The position numbers and the translations under genes are program-made. 64,000 nucleotides of DNA, from the NCBI GenBank assembly GCA_963836075.1, contig CAWIIB010000009.1, positions 96,001-160,000 on the forward strand, written 5' to 3'. The notes beneath the pieces were generated by a model. It had not been told where the DNA came from and searched no databases. It saw only the letters and a program-made list of their open reading frames with translations. Each line of letters opens with the position of its first letter. Position 1 is the stretch's first letter. Positions 31,648 to 41,438 of the stretch are shown here, piece by piece. This stretch comes from an uncultured Acidobacteriota bacterium (GTDB lineage Bacteria > Acidobacteriota > JAQAZP01).

Positions 31648-34600
31648 TTATTCCGGTGGAGACTCCAGGTCCGTGGTTTCATGGAGGCGTGACTCGGGAG
31701 CCGGGGGAAGTTCAGGGCTCCACCCGCCGCCCAGCGACTTGTAGAGCACCACCAGGTTCTGAACCAGGGTTCCCCGGCTGGACGCCAGCTGGTCCTGCTG
31801 GTTGAACAGCGAGCGCTGGGTATCGAGTACGTTCTGGAAGTTGGTCAAGCCGGCCATGTACTGGGTGCGCACCAGTTCCACCGATTTCCCGCTGGCCTCG
31901 GCGGCCTCGGCCAGCCTGTCCCGGCGCAGGGCCTGCTGGTGGAATTCCACCATGGCGTTTTCCACTTCCTCGAGGGCCAGGAGCACCTCCTGCTCGTAGG
32001 CCAGCAGGGCCTGCTCGGTCCGCGCCTCCTCCACGTCGATGGCTGCGCGGAGCCGTCCGCCGGCAAAGATATTCCAGCTGACCGGCAGCCCGAATCCCCA
32101 GGTGAGGCTGTCGCCACTGAACAGGTCGCCGCCGTCGGTGGCCTGCAGCCCCAGGAAACCGAACAGCGAAAACCGCGGGTAGAGGTCGGCAGTGCGGATA
32201 CCGATCTGCTCGGCCTGCACGGCCAGGTACCGCTCGGCACTCCGGACATCCGGGCGCTGGCGGAGCAGCTCGGCGGGCAGGCCGGCGGCGACCTCCACCG
32301 GCGGGACCGGAACGAGGGTGTCGGGTTCGAGTTCGACCGCGAGCTCGGCGTCGAGCGAGCCGGGATATTCGCCGAGGAGCACGGCCAGACGGTTGAGCGT
32401 CCGCACCATGCCGGCCCTGAGCGGAGGGACCTGGGCTTCGGTGTTGGCCAAGTTCGACTCGGCCTGGGTGATGTCGAGCTGGGAGACCAGCCCGGCGTCG
32501 AAGCGATCCTTCGTGATCTGCAGCGTCTCCTGCTGGATCAGGATGTTGGCTTCGGCGTAGGCCAGACGTTCCTGCAGCGACCTCAGCTCGAAATAGTTCA
32601 GCCCCACTTCGGCGAGCAGGGTCACCAGCACGTCCCGGTAGTCCTCCACCGAGGCCTCGATGCCCACATCGGCGGCCCTGACACTGCGTCGGATGCGGCC
32701 GAAGACGTCGATCTCCCAACTGGAGTCGGCACCGAGAGCGAAGAAATTGGCCGCCTCGGCCCCAGGCACCACGTTCCGGCTCTGCTCGCTGCGGTTGGCC
32801 TCGCCCGTGGCCTGGACGCCGGGGTAGCGCTCCCCCCGGGCCACACCGTAGCTGGCCCGCGCCACCTCGATGCGCCACACTGCCTGCAGCAGGTCGAGGT
32901 TGTCCGTCTCGGCGCGCTCGATCAGGCTGGTCAGTTGCGGGTCGTCAAAGACGGTCCACCAAGTCTGGAATGCGGCCTCCCCCGCCTCGACATCGGCGGT
33001 GGCCGTCTGCTGCCAGGCGTCGGGCATTTCCACCACCGGCGGCTGGTAGTTCGGGCCGACCAGGCAGCCGGTAAGGGGAAGGACCAGGAGGAGCAGGACC
33101 AGGCCGGCCGGGATGGCCTTCTTCTTCCCGCCCAGTTTCTCGGCCATCGTCTGCACCACGAAATAGAGCAGCGGGATGACGAACACGCCGGCGCAGGTAC
33201 CCACCAGCATGCCGCCGAACACCGCCGTGCCGAGGGAGACCCGGCTGTTGGCGCCGGCACCCGTGGCGATCACCAGCGGCATGACACCGAGGATGAACGA
33301 AAACGCGGTCATCAGGATGGCCCGGAACCGGAGCCGGGCCGCGGTGAGCGCCGCGTCGAAGATCGAGTTTCCCTCCTCGCGCAACTGCTTGGCAAACTCC
33401 ACGATCAGGATCGCGCTCTTGGAGCAGAGGCCGATGAGCAGGATCATGCCGATCTGGAAGTAGATGTCGTTGTCCAGCGAACGGGCCATGGTGAGCAGCA
33501 CGGCTCCGAGCACGGCCAGGGGCACCGAAAGCAGCACCGACAGCGGGGTGCTCCAGCTCTCGTATTGCGCGGAAAGGAAGAGGAAGACGAGGACGATGGC
33601 CAGGCCGAAAATCACCGGGGCCAGGTTCCCCGCGGCCTTCTGCTGCTGGGTCACCCCGGACCACTCGTAGCCGATGGACGATGGGGTCAGCTCGCGGGTG
33701 ATCCGCTCGATCTCGTCAACCGCCTGGCCCTCGGAGAAGCCGGGTGTCGGCGAACCGGTGATCGTGGCCGAGGGGAACATGTTGAAACGGTTCACGGTCT
33801 CCGGCCCAACGCTGCTCGACACCCGGACCAAAGTGCTCAGCGGCACCATTTTTCCATCAGAGCTGCGCACCTCCAACCGGCTGATATCCTCGGGATCCAT
33901 GCGAAACTGCTGGTCCGCCTGGACCATCACCCGCCAGGTGCGGCCGAAGATGTTGAAGTCGTTGACGTAGGCCGAACCGAGGCTGGCCTGCAGGGTGTCG
34001 AAGACCCACTGCAGGGGGACGTTCATCCGCTTGGTCTTTTCCCGGTCCACGTCGGCGTAAAGCTGGGGCACACCGGCACGGAGGTTCTGGTTGAGCCGGG
34101 TCAGTTGCGGGCTGGCCGTGCCGGTGGCGAGGATGTCGTTGGCCACCTGCTCCAGCAGGACCAGCCCGGCGCCGCCGCGGTCCTGCAGCTCCATCTGAAA
34201 GCCCCCGGCGGCCCCGAGGCCGGAGATTGGCGGCGGGCCGAAGGCGAAGACGATACCCTCCTCGATCTGGGCCAACCGCGGCTGGACCATGGCCATCAGC
34301 TGGGGGACGGTATGCTCACGTTCATCCCAGTGTTCGAGGGTGGCGATGGCGAAGCCGTAGTTCGATCCCTGGATCGCGTCGAGCATCGAGTAACCGCCGA
34401 CGCTCAGGACGTTTTTCACGCCGGGCATGTCCAGCAGGATCTCCTCCATCTCCCCGACTATGTCGTTCGTCCGCTCCAGTGCTGCGCTGGCCGGCAGCTG
34501 GGCATTGACGTAGAAATAGCCCTCGTCCTCGCTGGGCACGAATCCGGCGGGCAGCCGGGTGAGCCCGAAACCGGCAGCGACCAGCAGAATGAGGACCGCC

Positions 34601-36225
34601 ACAACGGCCAGCCCGGCCCGCCGGATCAGCCCTCGCACCGCGCCGGTGTACCCATTGGTGCCCCGGTCAAATGCCGAGTTGAACCACTTGAAGAAACCCC
34701 GCCGGATCTTGGGTGACGGCCGGAGCAGCAGGCCGCAAAGGGCCGGGCTGAGGGTCAGCGCGTTGATCGAGGAGAAGATGGTGGCCACCGAAATGGTGAT
34801 GGCGAAGGGGCGATACATCCGGCCGGTGAGGCCGGGCAGGAACAGCGAGGGGACGAAGACCGCCAGCAGTACCAGGGTGGTGGCGACAATGGCGCCCCCC
34901 ACCTCACCCATCGCCTTCGACGTCGCCTCTTTTGCCGACAGGCCCTCGGTATCCATCAACCGCATGGTGTTCTCCACCACCACGATGGCATCGTCCACCA
35001 CGATGCCGATGGCCAGCACCAGTCCGAAGAGGGTCAGGTTGTTGATCGACTGCCCGGTGGCCAGCATCACGGCGAAGGTGCCGATCAGCGACACCGGAAT
35101 GGTCACCGCCGGCACCAGGGTGGTGCGCCAGTCCTGGAGGAAGATCCAGACGGTGAAGATCACCAGCAGGATGGCCACCAGCAGAGTTTCCACCACCTCG
35201 CTGATCGACTGGCTGATATACTCCGTGGAGTCGTAGGGGATCGACCATTCGAGCCCTTCGGGGAAGTTGTGCGAGAGCTCCTCCATCACCTCCTTGATGC
35301 CGTCGGCCACGGCCAGCGCGTTGGATCCGGGGATCTGGTTGACCCCGAGCATCGCGGTGGGGGAGCCGTCCAGGTGAGCGTACCAGGCATAGGTCTGGGA
35401 ACCGAGCTCGACCCGGGCGACGTCGCGCAGGCGGACCACCTGCCCCTGTTCGCCCCGCTTGACGATGATGTTCTGGAACTGCTCGGGATCCTCCAGCCGC
35501 CCCAGGGTGGTCACCGTGTATTCGAAGCTCTGCCCGCCCGTGGTGGGCGGCTCGCCGATTTTGCCCGCGGCCACCTGGACGTTCTGCTCGCGCAGCGCGG
35601 CGACGATGTCGTTGGTGGTCAGCCCGCGGGCCTTGAGCCGCAATGGGTTGAGCCAGACCCGCATGCCGAAGTCCTTGGCCCCATACACCGTGACCTCGCC
35701 CACGCCATCCACCCGGGCGATGACGTCCTTGATCTGGGTGGTGGCGTAGTTGGAGAGGAACATGTCGTCATAGCGGCCGTCCGGTGAATAGAGGGTGGTC
35801 GCCAGCACCATCTTGGTCGACTTCTTCTTGACCTTGACCCCCTGGCGCTTGACCTCCTCGGGCAGCAGGGGTTCGGCCACCGCCACCCGGTTCTGCACCA
35901 GTACCGTGGCCATGTCCACGTCGGTGCCCACCTCGAAGTAGACGGTGAGGGAGTAGGTACCGCTGGCCGCGCTCTTCGACGACATGTAGAGCATGTCCTC
36001 GACGCCGTTGATCTCCTGCTCGATGGGCTGGGCCACGGTCTGGGCCAGTACTTCGGCGCTGGCCCCGGGGTAACTGGTGCTCACCTCAACGGTGGGCGGG
36101 GTGATTTCCGGCATGCTTTCCACCGGCAGGATGGGGATGGACAGCACCCCGACAAGGACGATGACGATGGCGATAACCAGGGCGAAGACCGGCCGGTAGA
36201 TGAAGAAGTGACTGAACCCGCCCAT
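31648..36225 (-). CDS. HAE1 RND permease fused in frame to a NodT-family outer membrane factor lipoprotein
   Basis: Residues 1-~1030 are AcrB-like (AIGIVVDDAIVVVEN, RFRAILMT), followed by KKK-hydrophobic-LTGC and an OMF (ELLRQRPDVRSAE, LYKSLGGGW). Confidence 0.88.
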   Translation of the reverse strand: MGGFSHFFIYRPVFALVIAIVIVLVGVLSIPILPVESMPEITPPTVEVSTSYPGASAEVLAQTVAQPIEQEINGVEDMLYMSSKSAASGTYSLTVYFEVGTDVDMATVLVQNRVAVAEPLLPEEVKRQGVKVKKKSTKMVLATTLYSPDGRYDDMFLSNYATTQIKDVIARVDGVGEVTVYGAKDFGMRVWLNPLRLKARGLTTNDIVAALREQNVQVAAGKIGEPPTTGGQSFEYTVTTLGRLEDPEQFQNIIVKRGEQGQVVRLRDVARVELGSQTYAWYAHLDGSPTAMLGVNQIPGSNALAVADGIKEVMEELSHNFPEGLEWSIPYDSTEYISQSISEVVETLLVAILLVIFTVWIFLQDWRTTLVPAVTIPVSLIGTFAVMLATGQSINNLTLFGLVLAIGIVVDDAIVVVENTMRLMDTEGLSAKEATSKAMGEVGGAIVATTLVLLAVFVPSLFLPGLTGRMYRPFAITISVATIFSSINALTLSPALCGLLLRPSPKIRRGFFKWFNSAFDRGTNGYTGAVRGLIRRAGLAVVAVLILLVAAGFGLTRLPAGFVPSEDEGYFYVNAQLPASAALERTNDIVGEMEEILLDMPGVKNVLSVGGYSMLDAIQGSNYGFAIATLEHWDEREHTVPQLMAMVQPRLAQIEEGIVFAFGPPPISGLGAAGGFQMELQDRGGAGLVLLEQVANDILATGTASPQLTRLNQNLRAGVPQLYADVDREKTKRMNVPLQWVFDTLQASLGSAYVNDFNIFGRTWRVMVQADQQFRMDPEDISRLEVRSSDGKMVPLSTLVRVSSSVGPETVNRFNMFPSATITGSPTPGFSEGQAVDEIERITRELTPSSIGYEWSGVTQQQKAAGNLAPVIFGLAIVLVFLFLSAQYESWSTPLSVLLSVPLAVLGAVLLTMARSLDNDIYFQIGMILLIGLCSKSAILIVEFAKQLREEGNSIFDAALTAARLRFRAILMTAFSFILGVMPLVIATGAGANSRVSLGTAVFGGMLVGTCAGVFVIPLLYFVVQTMAEKLGGKKKAIPAGLVLLLLVLPLTGCLVGPNYQPPVVEMPDAWQQTATADVEAGEAAFQTWWTVFDDPQLTSLIERAETDNLDLLQAVWRIEVARASYGVARGERYPGVQATGEANRSEQSRNVVPGAEAANFFALGADSSWEIDVFGRIRRSVRAADVGIEASVEDYRDVLVTLLAEVGLNYFELRSLQERLAYAEANILIQQETLQITKDRFDAGLVSQLDITQAESNLANTEAQVPPLRAGMVRTLNRLAVLLGEYPGSLDAELAVELEPDTLVPVPPVEVAAGLPAELLRQRPDVRSAERYLAVQAEQIGIRTADLYPRFSLFGFLGLQATDGGDLFSGDSLTWGFGLPVSWNIFAGGRLRAAIDVEEARTEQALLAYEQEVLLALEEVENAMVEFHQQALRRDRLAEAAEASGKSVELVRTQYMAGLTNFQNVLDTQRSLFNQQDQLASSRGTLVQNLVVLYKSLGGGWSPELPPAPESRLHETTDLESPPE

Positions 36226-36227
36226 GC

Positions 36228-37367
36228 CTATGCTCCTTCCGGCGTGGTCTTCGGCGTCACCGGCAGCCCGGGCCGGGCCCGCAGCAGGCCGTCCACGATG
36301 TAGCGTTCGCCCGCCTCGATGCCCTCTCGGACCACCACATCTCCCTCAACCGACGGGCCGAGTTCCACGCTGCGCTGTTCGACCACATTGCCCTCGCCGA
36401 CGACATAGAGATACTTTCCCCCGAGATCTGTTCCCAAAGCCCGCTCCTCGACCACCACCGCACCCTTGAGCGTCTCGGCTTCAAGCTGCACGGCGACGAA
36501 GAACCCGGGGAAGATCAGGGCCTCGGGATTGGGAAAGACACCGCGTACGGATATCGTGCCGGTACCGGTGTCGACGGCATTGTCGAACGAGTCGATTTTC
36601 CCCTCGATCTCGTGGCCGGTCTCCTCCAGGACCAGATTGACCACCACCCTCTCCTCAGATGGTCTGGACTCGGCTTTGTGTCCTCCCCGCAAATTCAGGA
36701 TGCGGGCAAAGGTGCGTTCATCCACCTCGAAGTAGGCGTAGATAGGGTCAATGGTCCGCACAGTGGCCAGCACGGTGGTGCCGGTTTGCCCAACCAGGTT
36801 GCCGGCGTCCACCAGGTGCCGGCTGATCAGTCCGTCGATGGGCGAGGTGATAGTGGTGTAGCCCAGTTCGATCTCGGCGTTCTGCAGTTCGGTCCGGGAA
36901 GCCTGCAGGGCCGCTTCGGCCTGGTCGCGCTCGGCCCGGGCCCGGGTGACCTCCTGCTGGCTCACCGCGTTGGTCTTCACTGCCTGTTCGAGCCGATCCA
37001 GGTCCGACTCGGCCCGGCGGAGCGCCGCCTCGGCGGAAGCGATGTTGGCCCGGGCCCGGTCCCGCCGGGCGATGAACGGCGCCTGTTCGATGACGAACAG
37101 GGTCTGGCCCTTCCTGACAAAGGTGCTCGGTTCGAAGCGGATCTGCTCGAGGAAGCCCTGCACCCGGGCGACGATGTCCACCGATTTGACCGCCTCGGTG
37201 GTGCCGCTGAACTCCACCACGTTGGTCACGTCACGCACCTCGGGGAGCGCCACCACCACTTCTGGCGGGGCGGGTGGCGGCGGGGCCGCGGTCTGCCCGC
37301 ACCCGGCAGCGGCAAAGAGCAGCACGATGATGGCCCACCTGTATCGCATCAACCGATCGATGTTCAT
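36228..37367 (-). CDS. RND periplasmic adaptor (AcrA/MexE-like)
   Basis: Lipobox AAGC; VDIVARVQG, LGYTTITSPIDG, IFPGFFV; start approximate. Confidence 0.9.
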   Translation of the reverse strand: MNIDRLMRYRWAIIVLLFAAAGCGQTAAPPPPAPPEVVVALPEVRDVTNVVEFSGTTEAVKSVDIVARVQGFLEQIRFEPSTFVRKGQTLFVIEQAPFIARRDRARANIASAEAALRRAESDLDRLEQAVKTNAVSQQEVTRARAERDQAEAALQASRTELQNAEIELGYTTITSPIDGLISRHLVDAGNLVGQTGTTVLATVRTIDPIYAYFEVDERTFARILNLRGGHKAESRPSEERVVVNLVLEETGHEIEGKIDSFDNAVDTGTGTISVRGVFPNPEALIFPGFFVAVQLEAETLKGAVVVEERALGTDLGGKYLYVVGEGNVVEQRSVELGPSVEGDVVVREGIEAGERYIVDGLLRARPGLPVTPKTTPEGA

Positions 37368-37582
37368 CTCCATCCCTTTCTCGAGGCGGCGCTGCCCCCT
37401 GGATGCCCCGGCAGTCGCGTCCGGAAGGAAGGTTGCAGACATTTTCGCGTCCTGATGAAACAGAATCTCACGATGAAAACACGTACTATTCTCACTGAAT
37501 CCTGTTGATGGCAAAGAGAATACAGGATACCAAGACGGGTGCGCAACAGACTGTCTTTGCATTGGGCAAACGTGGCGCCCCG

Positions 37583-38521
37583 CTAATCCCTCACATCGAA
37601 CAGTTGCACGCTGAACATGGAGCGATCGTCGGTCCAGATTTCCGTACGTTCAAAACCAGCGCGGCCGGCCAGCCCGGCAAACTCGTCGGGAGTGTACTTG
37701 TGGGAGTTCTCGGTGTGGATGGTCTCCCCTTCGGCGAAGTGAATCTCGACGCCACCGATGGTGAAGGAGAGGTCCCGGGTGCAGCGCAGGTGCATCTCGA
37801 TCCGGCCCTCGCTCTCGTTATAGAAGGCGAGGTGCTCGAAGGCCCCCAGGTCCAGGTCGGCGCCCAGCTCGTTTTTCATCCGTTGCAGCAGGTTGAGGTT
37901 GAACTCGGCAGTGACCCCGGCACTGTCGTTGTATGCCCGTTCCAGAACCGCCCTGTCCTTCTTCAGGTCCACACCGATGAGCAGCCCGCCGCCGGCACCA
38001 CAGATGGCGGCGATACGGTGCAGCAGATCAACGCTCTCCTGGTGAGTGAAATTTCCGATGGTCGACCCGGGGAAGTAGACCAGTTGCCGCCGGGCCGGCC
38101 GCGGTGGGTCGGGCAGGATGAAGTCGCCAAAAAAATCGGCGTGGACCGGCTGCACCGGTATCTGCGGATAGAGCCGGTGGAGCTCGGCTGCCGTCTGCTG
38201 CAGCATCTCGCCGGAGATGTCCACCGGCACATAGGAGACAGGGAGGTCCAGATACTTGAGCAGCATTCTGGTCTTCAAACCGCTGCCGCTGCCCAGTTCG
38301 ATAACCCGGGCATTGGGCCCGATCAGCCCCGCCATCTCCGGGCAGCGGAGCTGCATGATCCGCAGTTCGGTCCTGGTGGGGTAGTACTCCGGCAGCTCGC
38401 AGATCTCCTCGAAGAGCTCCGCGCCCCGCCGGTCATAGAAGTATTTTGGTGAAATCCTCTTCGGCTGGGAGCGGAGCCCCGCGATGGCGTCTTCGAGAAA
38501 TGTGGCAGGTTCCTGATTCAT
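37583..38521 (-). CDS. egtD: L-histidine N-alpha-methyltransferase
   Basis: PKYFYDRRG, PEYYPTRTE, ELGSGSGLKT, FPGSTIGNF, IHTENSHKY. Confidence 0.93.
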   Translation of the reverse strand: MNQEPATFLEDAIAGLRSQPKRISPKYFYDRRGAELFEEICELPEYYPTRTELRIMQLRCPEMAGLIGPNARVIELGSGSGLKTRMLLKYLDLPVSYVPVDISGEMLQQTAAELHRLYPQIPVQPVHADFFGDFILPDPPRPARRQLVYFPGSTIGNFTHQESVDLLHRIAAICGAGGGLLIGVDLKKDRAVLERAYNDSAGVTAEFNLNLLQRMKNELGADLDLGAFEHLAFYNESEGRIEMHLRCTRDLSFTIGGVEIHFAEGETIHTENSHKYTPDEFAGLAGRAGFERTEIWTDDRSMFSVQLFDVRD

Positions 38522-39799
38522 CCCTCATCCCTGGCCAGACGGATCCCGGTGAACTGCCAGCGGGCATCCGGGTGAAAGAAATTGCGGTAGGTGGCCCGGA
38601 TGTGATTCCCGGGCGTGGCGCAGGAGCCGCCGCGCAGCACGAACTGGCTGCACATGAACTTGCCGTTGTACTCCCCCACCGCCCCCTCGGCGGGCCGGAA
38701 CCCGGGATAGGGCCGGTACGGGCTCTGGGTCCACTCCCAGAGATCCCCGAAGGCCTGGCGGATCGGAGCGTCACCGTCAGCCGGGCATATCGTGGGGTGC
38801 AGGCACCCGCTCTCGACAAAATTTCCCTCCCGGGGGAGCGGCTCACAGGCCGTCTCCCACTCGGCCTCGCCCGGGAGCCGCGCACCGGCCCAGCGGGCGA
38901 AAGCCTCGGCTTCGTAAAAACTGACGTGGCACACCGGTTCCCCCCCGGCCACCGGCCGCGGGCCCCGGAGGGTGAACAGCTGCCAGTCCGCACCGTCGGC
39001 ACTCCAGTAGAGCGGCGCCTGCCAGCCGCGGGCCCGGACCGTGGCCCAGCCCTCGTCGAGCCACAGCTCCGGCCGCCGGTACCCGTCGTCGGCCATGAAC
39101 TCCTGGTATTCGGCGCAGGTCACCAGTCGGTCGGTGATGGCGAAGGGGCCGACGAACCGCCGGTGCCGCGGCGATTCGTTGTCAAAGGCGAAATCCTCTC
39201 CCTCGAAACCGACCTCACGCATGCCTTCGCCAAACGACTGCCACCCGGCCGGGCCGGGCATGGGGACGGGTGAATGTTCATCCGCCGCCGATCGGTAGGA
39301 CGGCTGCAGCGGGTTGAGCGACAGCAGGTGCTTGATGTCGGTGAGGATCAGTTCCTGGTGCTGCTGTTCGTGGTTCAGGCCCAGGGTGAAAAGGAACCCT
39401 AACCGGTCATCCTTTTCGACGGCGGGCCCGGAAAGCAGGTCGAGCATCCGTTGGTCCACGTGCCGGCGGTAGCGGTGCACCTCCTCCAGTGTGGGCCGGG
39501 TCATCAGCCCCCGCCGGGGCCGGGCCGTCCGATCACCCACCGCGTTGTAGTAGGAGTTGAACAGATAGGAGTAGAGGGGATGAAAATGGTCGGTACGCGG
39601 GCAGGTGGTGCTGGAGGATGAACTCCTCGAAGAACCAGCTGGTGTGCGCCAGGTGCCACTTGGCCGGGCTGGCCGTGGTCATCGACTGGGGCACGTGGTC
39701 CTCCACGGCCAACGGCCGGCAGAGGTCGATGGTGGCCTGCCGCACCAGACGGTATTCAGCGGCCCGTGCTTCCCTGCTTTCAGAAGCAGTGCTGGACAT
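38518..39799 (-). CDS. egtB: Ergothioneine sulfoxide synthase; +1 indel in the T-run near 39585
   Basis: SPAKWHLAHTSWFFE, FNSYY, HEQQHQEL iron ligands, FGE-sulfatase domain, YNGKFM, RWQFTGIRLA. Confidence 0.9.
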
Positions 39800-39908
39800 C
39801 TTCCCTTCCTTCTCCCGTCACATCACTTGTCCGTGAACTGATAATCTGCATGGAAGAAAGGGTATCAGATAGTGGCTGAATCCGAAAATCCGCGCCGCCT
39901 GGACAGCC

Positions 39909-40610
39909 TCAATTGGCCTTGATATCCCGGTCCGCCGTCTCACCCCAGTGGATGAGGAAAAACTTCTTCTCCTGGCTGAGGAACTCGGGGGATGTGCCCA
40001 CCAGTGGCCTGAGGGTGGTACTCATCTGCACCATGGTCAGCAGGAAGACCAGGCACCAGAGAGCAACGATGTGCGGTTTCGCCGCCCGCAGGGCCCGCAG
40101 CCCCTGGCTCACGTAACGGATGCCGATGGCGAAGCTGACCAGCCAGATCAGCAGGTGGATGACGCCCATGAAGGCAACGGAGTTGGTGGAGCAGGTGAAG
40201 ATGAAGGCCACCGGAACAAAGCCCAGCAACAGCACACCCACCAGGGCCAGTGACCCGGCCAGCAGGGCCATGGCCTGCCCCGGACGGATGTCCGCACCGC
40301 TGAGACAGGAGAAGATGAACAGGCTGGGATAGCAGAGCAGGGCGGCCAGCAGCATCCCCACCGCCACCTTCACCGCCGCGGCCAGCCACTGGGGGTGGCC
40401 GGAGAAGCCGCCCATGATCGCCCCGTAGACCAGAAAACAGGCCATGGCCAACCAGAAGAGCATCAGGGTGGTCCGGCGGTCGCGGCCCTCGCGCACCTGG
40501 TTCACCAGCTCCCCCGGGCGCTTGAGCAGCGCCTCAACCACCGGCATCAGCCCCGGAGAATCCAGCAGGTCCTTCTGTTCCTCAACCCCGTTCGTTTCGT
40601 CGACGTTCAT
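39909..40610 (-). CDS. Multi-pass membrane protein of unknown function (paralog pair, gene 2)
   Basis: About 5-6 hydrophobic segments; QMSTTLRPLVG motif shared with the neighbour. Confidence 0.7.
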   Translation of the reverse strand: MNVDETNGVEEQKDLLDSPGLMPVVEALLKRPGELVNQVREGRDRRTTLMLFWLAMACFLVYGAIMGGFSGHPQWLAAAVKVAVGMLLAALLCYPSLFIFSCLSGADIRPGQAMALLAGSLALVGVLLLGFVPVAFIFTCSTNSVAFMGVIHLLIWLVSFAIGIRYVSQGLRALRAAKPHIVALWCLVFLLTMVQMSTTLRPLVGTSPEFLSQEKKFFLIHWGETADRDIKAN

Positions 40611-40642
40611 TGTCTGCCTCCAGTAGGTTGTGCCTCGCCGGC

Positions 40643-41347
40643 TCAGGTGAAACGGCTGAATATCACCGTGATAATGTTTTCATAAAAGCTGCCGTCAAAA
40701 GGGTGCTCCCGGAGAAAGCGCACCGGCAGCCCGGGAGACCCCACAAAGGGCCGCATGTTCCAGGAAACCTGGCAGCCGACGATCATGTTCAGCACCAGCC
40801 AGGCGCCCAGCACCTGGAGGGCCTTCATCCCGCCACCGCAAACCCTCCGCAGCAGGGAGAAAAACCGGATGTTGACCCCCACCCCGGCCGCGGCGATGAG
40901 CGCCACGTGAAAGAGGAGCAGCACGCTGTGGGCGGTCTGTGTGGCGGCCGAGCCCATGGGCGGCAGGTTGAACCACAGGAAAAGGGAGACCGGGGTCAGC
41001 GAGCCGAGGATCAGCGCCAGCAGGGCAAAGCTGATCATCACCGCAATGAAACTCTGGCGGAAGGTGAGCCCGGTGCCCAGGATCTGGGCCAGCATGCCGT
41101 TGATAACTGCGTTTATCAGCGCGGTGATCAGCACGATCAGCGGGAACTTGAGGCCGACGTAGAGCCCCATCAGCGGGTCCCGCCAGAGCCCCACCGAAAA
41201 GCCGTAGACACCGCTGCCCAGGACCAGCAGCAGGAAGCAGAGGGCCAGGCTGCCGCTGCCCGGCTCCAGCCAGCCGGCCAGCTCGTCCGGCTCGGCGCGG
41301 CAAAGCCGGATGGTGCGGGCCCAGGTTTTCTCGAGATATCTCTTCAT
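40643..41347 (-). CDS. Multi-pass membrane protein of unknown function (paralog pair, gene 1)
   Basis: Hydrophobic segments; QVSWNMRPFVGSP motif; GGAGGAG RBS. Confidence 0.7.
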   Translation of the reverse strand: MKRYLEKTWARTIRLCRAEPDELAGWLEPGSGSLALCFLLLVLGSGVYGFSVGLWRDPLMGLYVGLKFPLIVLITALINAVINGMLAQILGTGLTFRQSFIAVMISFALLALILGSLTPVSLFLWFNLPPMGSAATQTAHSVLLLFHVALIAAAGVGVNIRFFSLLRRVCGGGMKALQVLGAWLVLNMIVGCQVSWNMRPFVGSPGLPVRFLREHPFDGSFYENIITVIFSRFT

Positions 41348-41378
41348 CGAATCTCCTCCCACTCACCTTCTGCTCCAG

Positions 41379-41411
41379 ATATACGGAATCGATGTGCAGA
41401 TTGCGTGCAGG
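41379..41411 (-). promoter_or_regulatory. OmpR/CreB-type operator-promoter, copy 1
   Basis: Minus strand CCTGCACGCAATCTGCACATCGATTCCGTATAT: TGCAC-N6-TGCAC followed by a -10-like TATATC. Confidence 0.7.
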
Positions 41412-41438
41412 TGATGAGGCGATTCAATGGAAAGGGTT

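Noticed and set aside
38518-39799. Selenoneine cluster (senA), prompted by the nearby selenoprotein
   Set aside because: No SenB glycosyltransferase or SelD-like gene is adjacent; pairing with egtD fits ergothioneine
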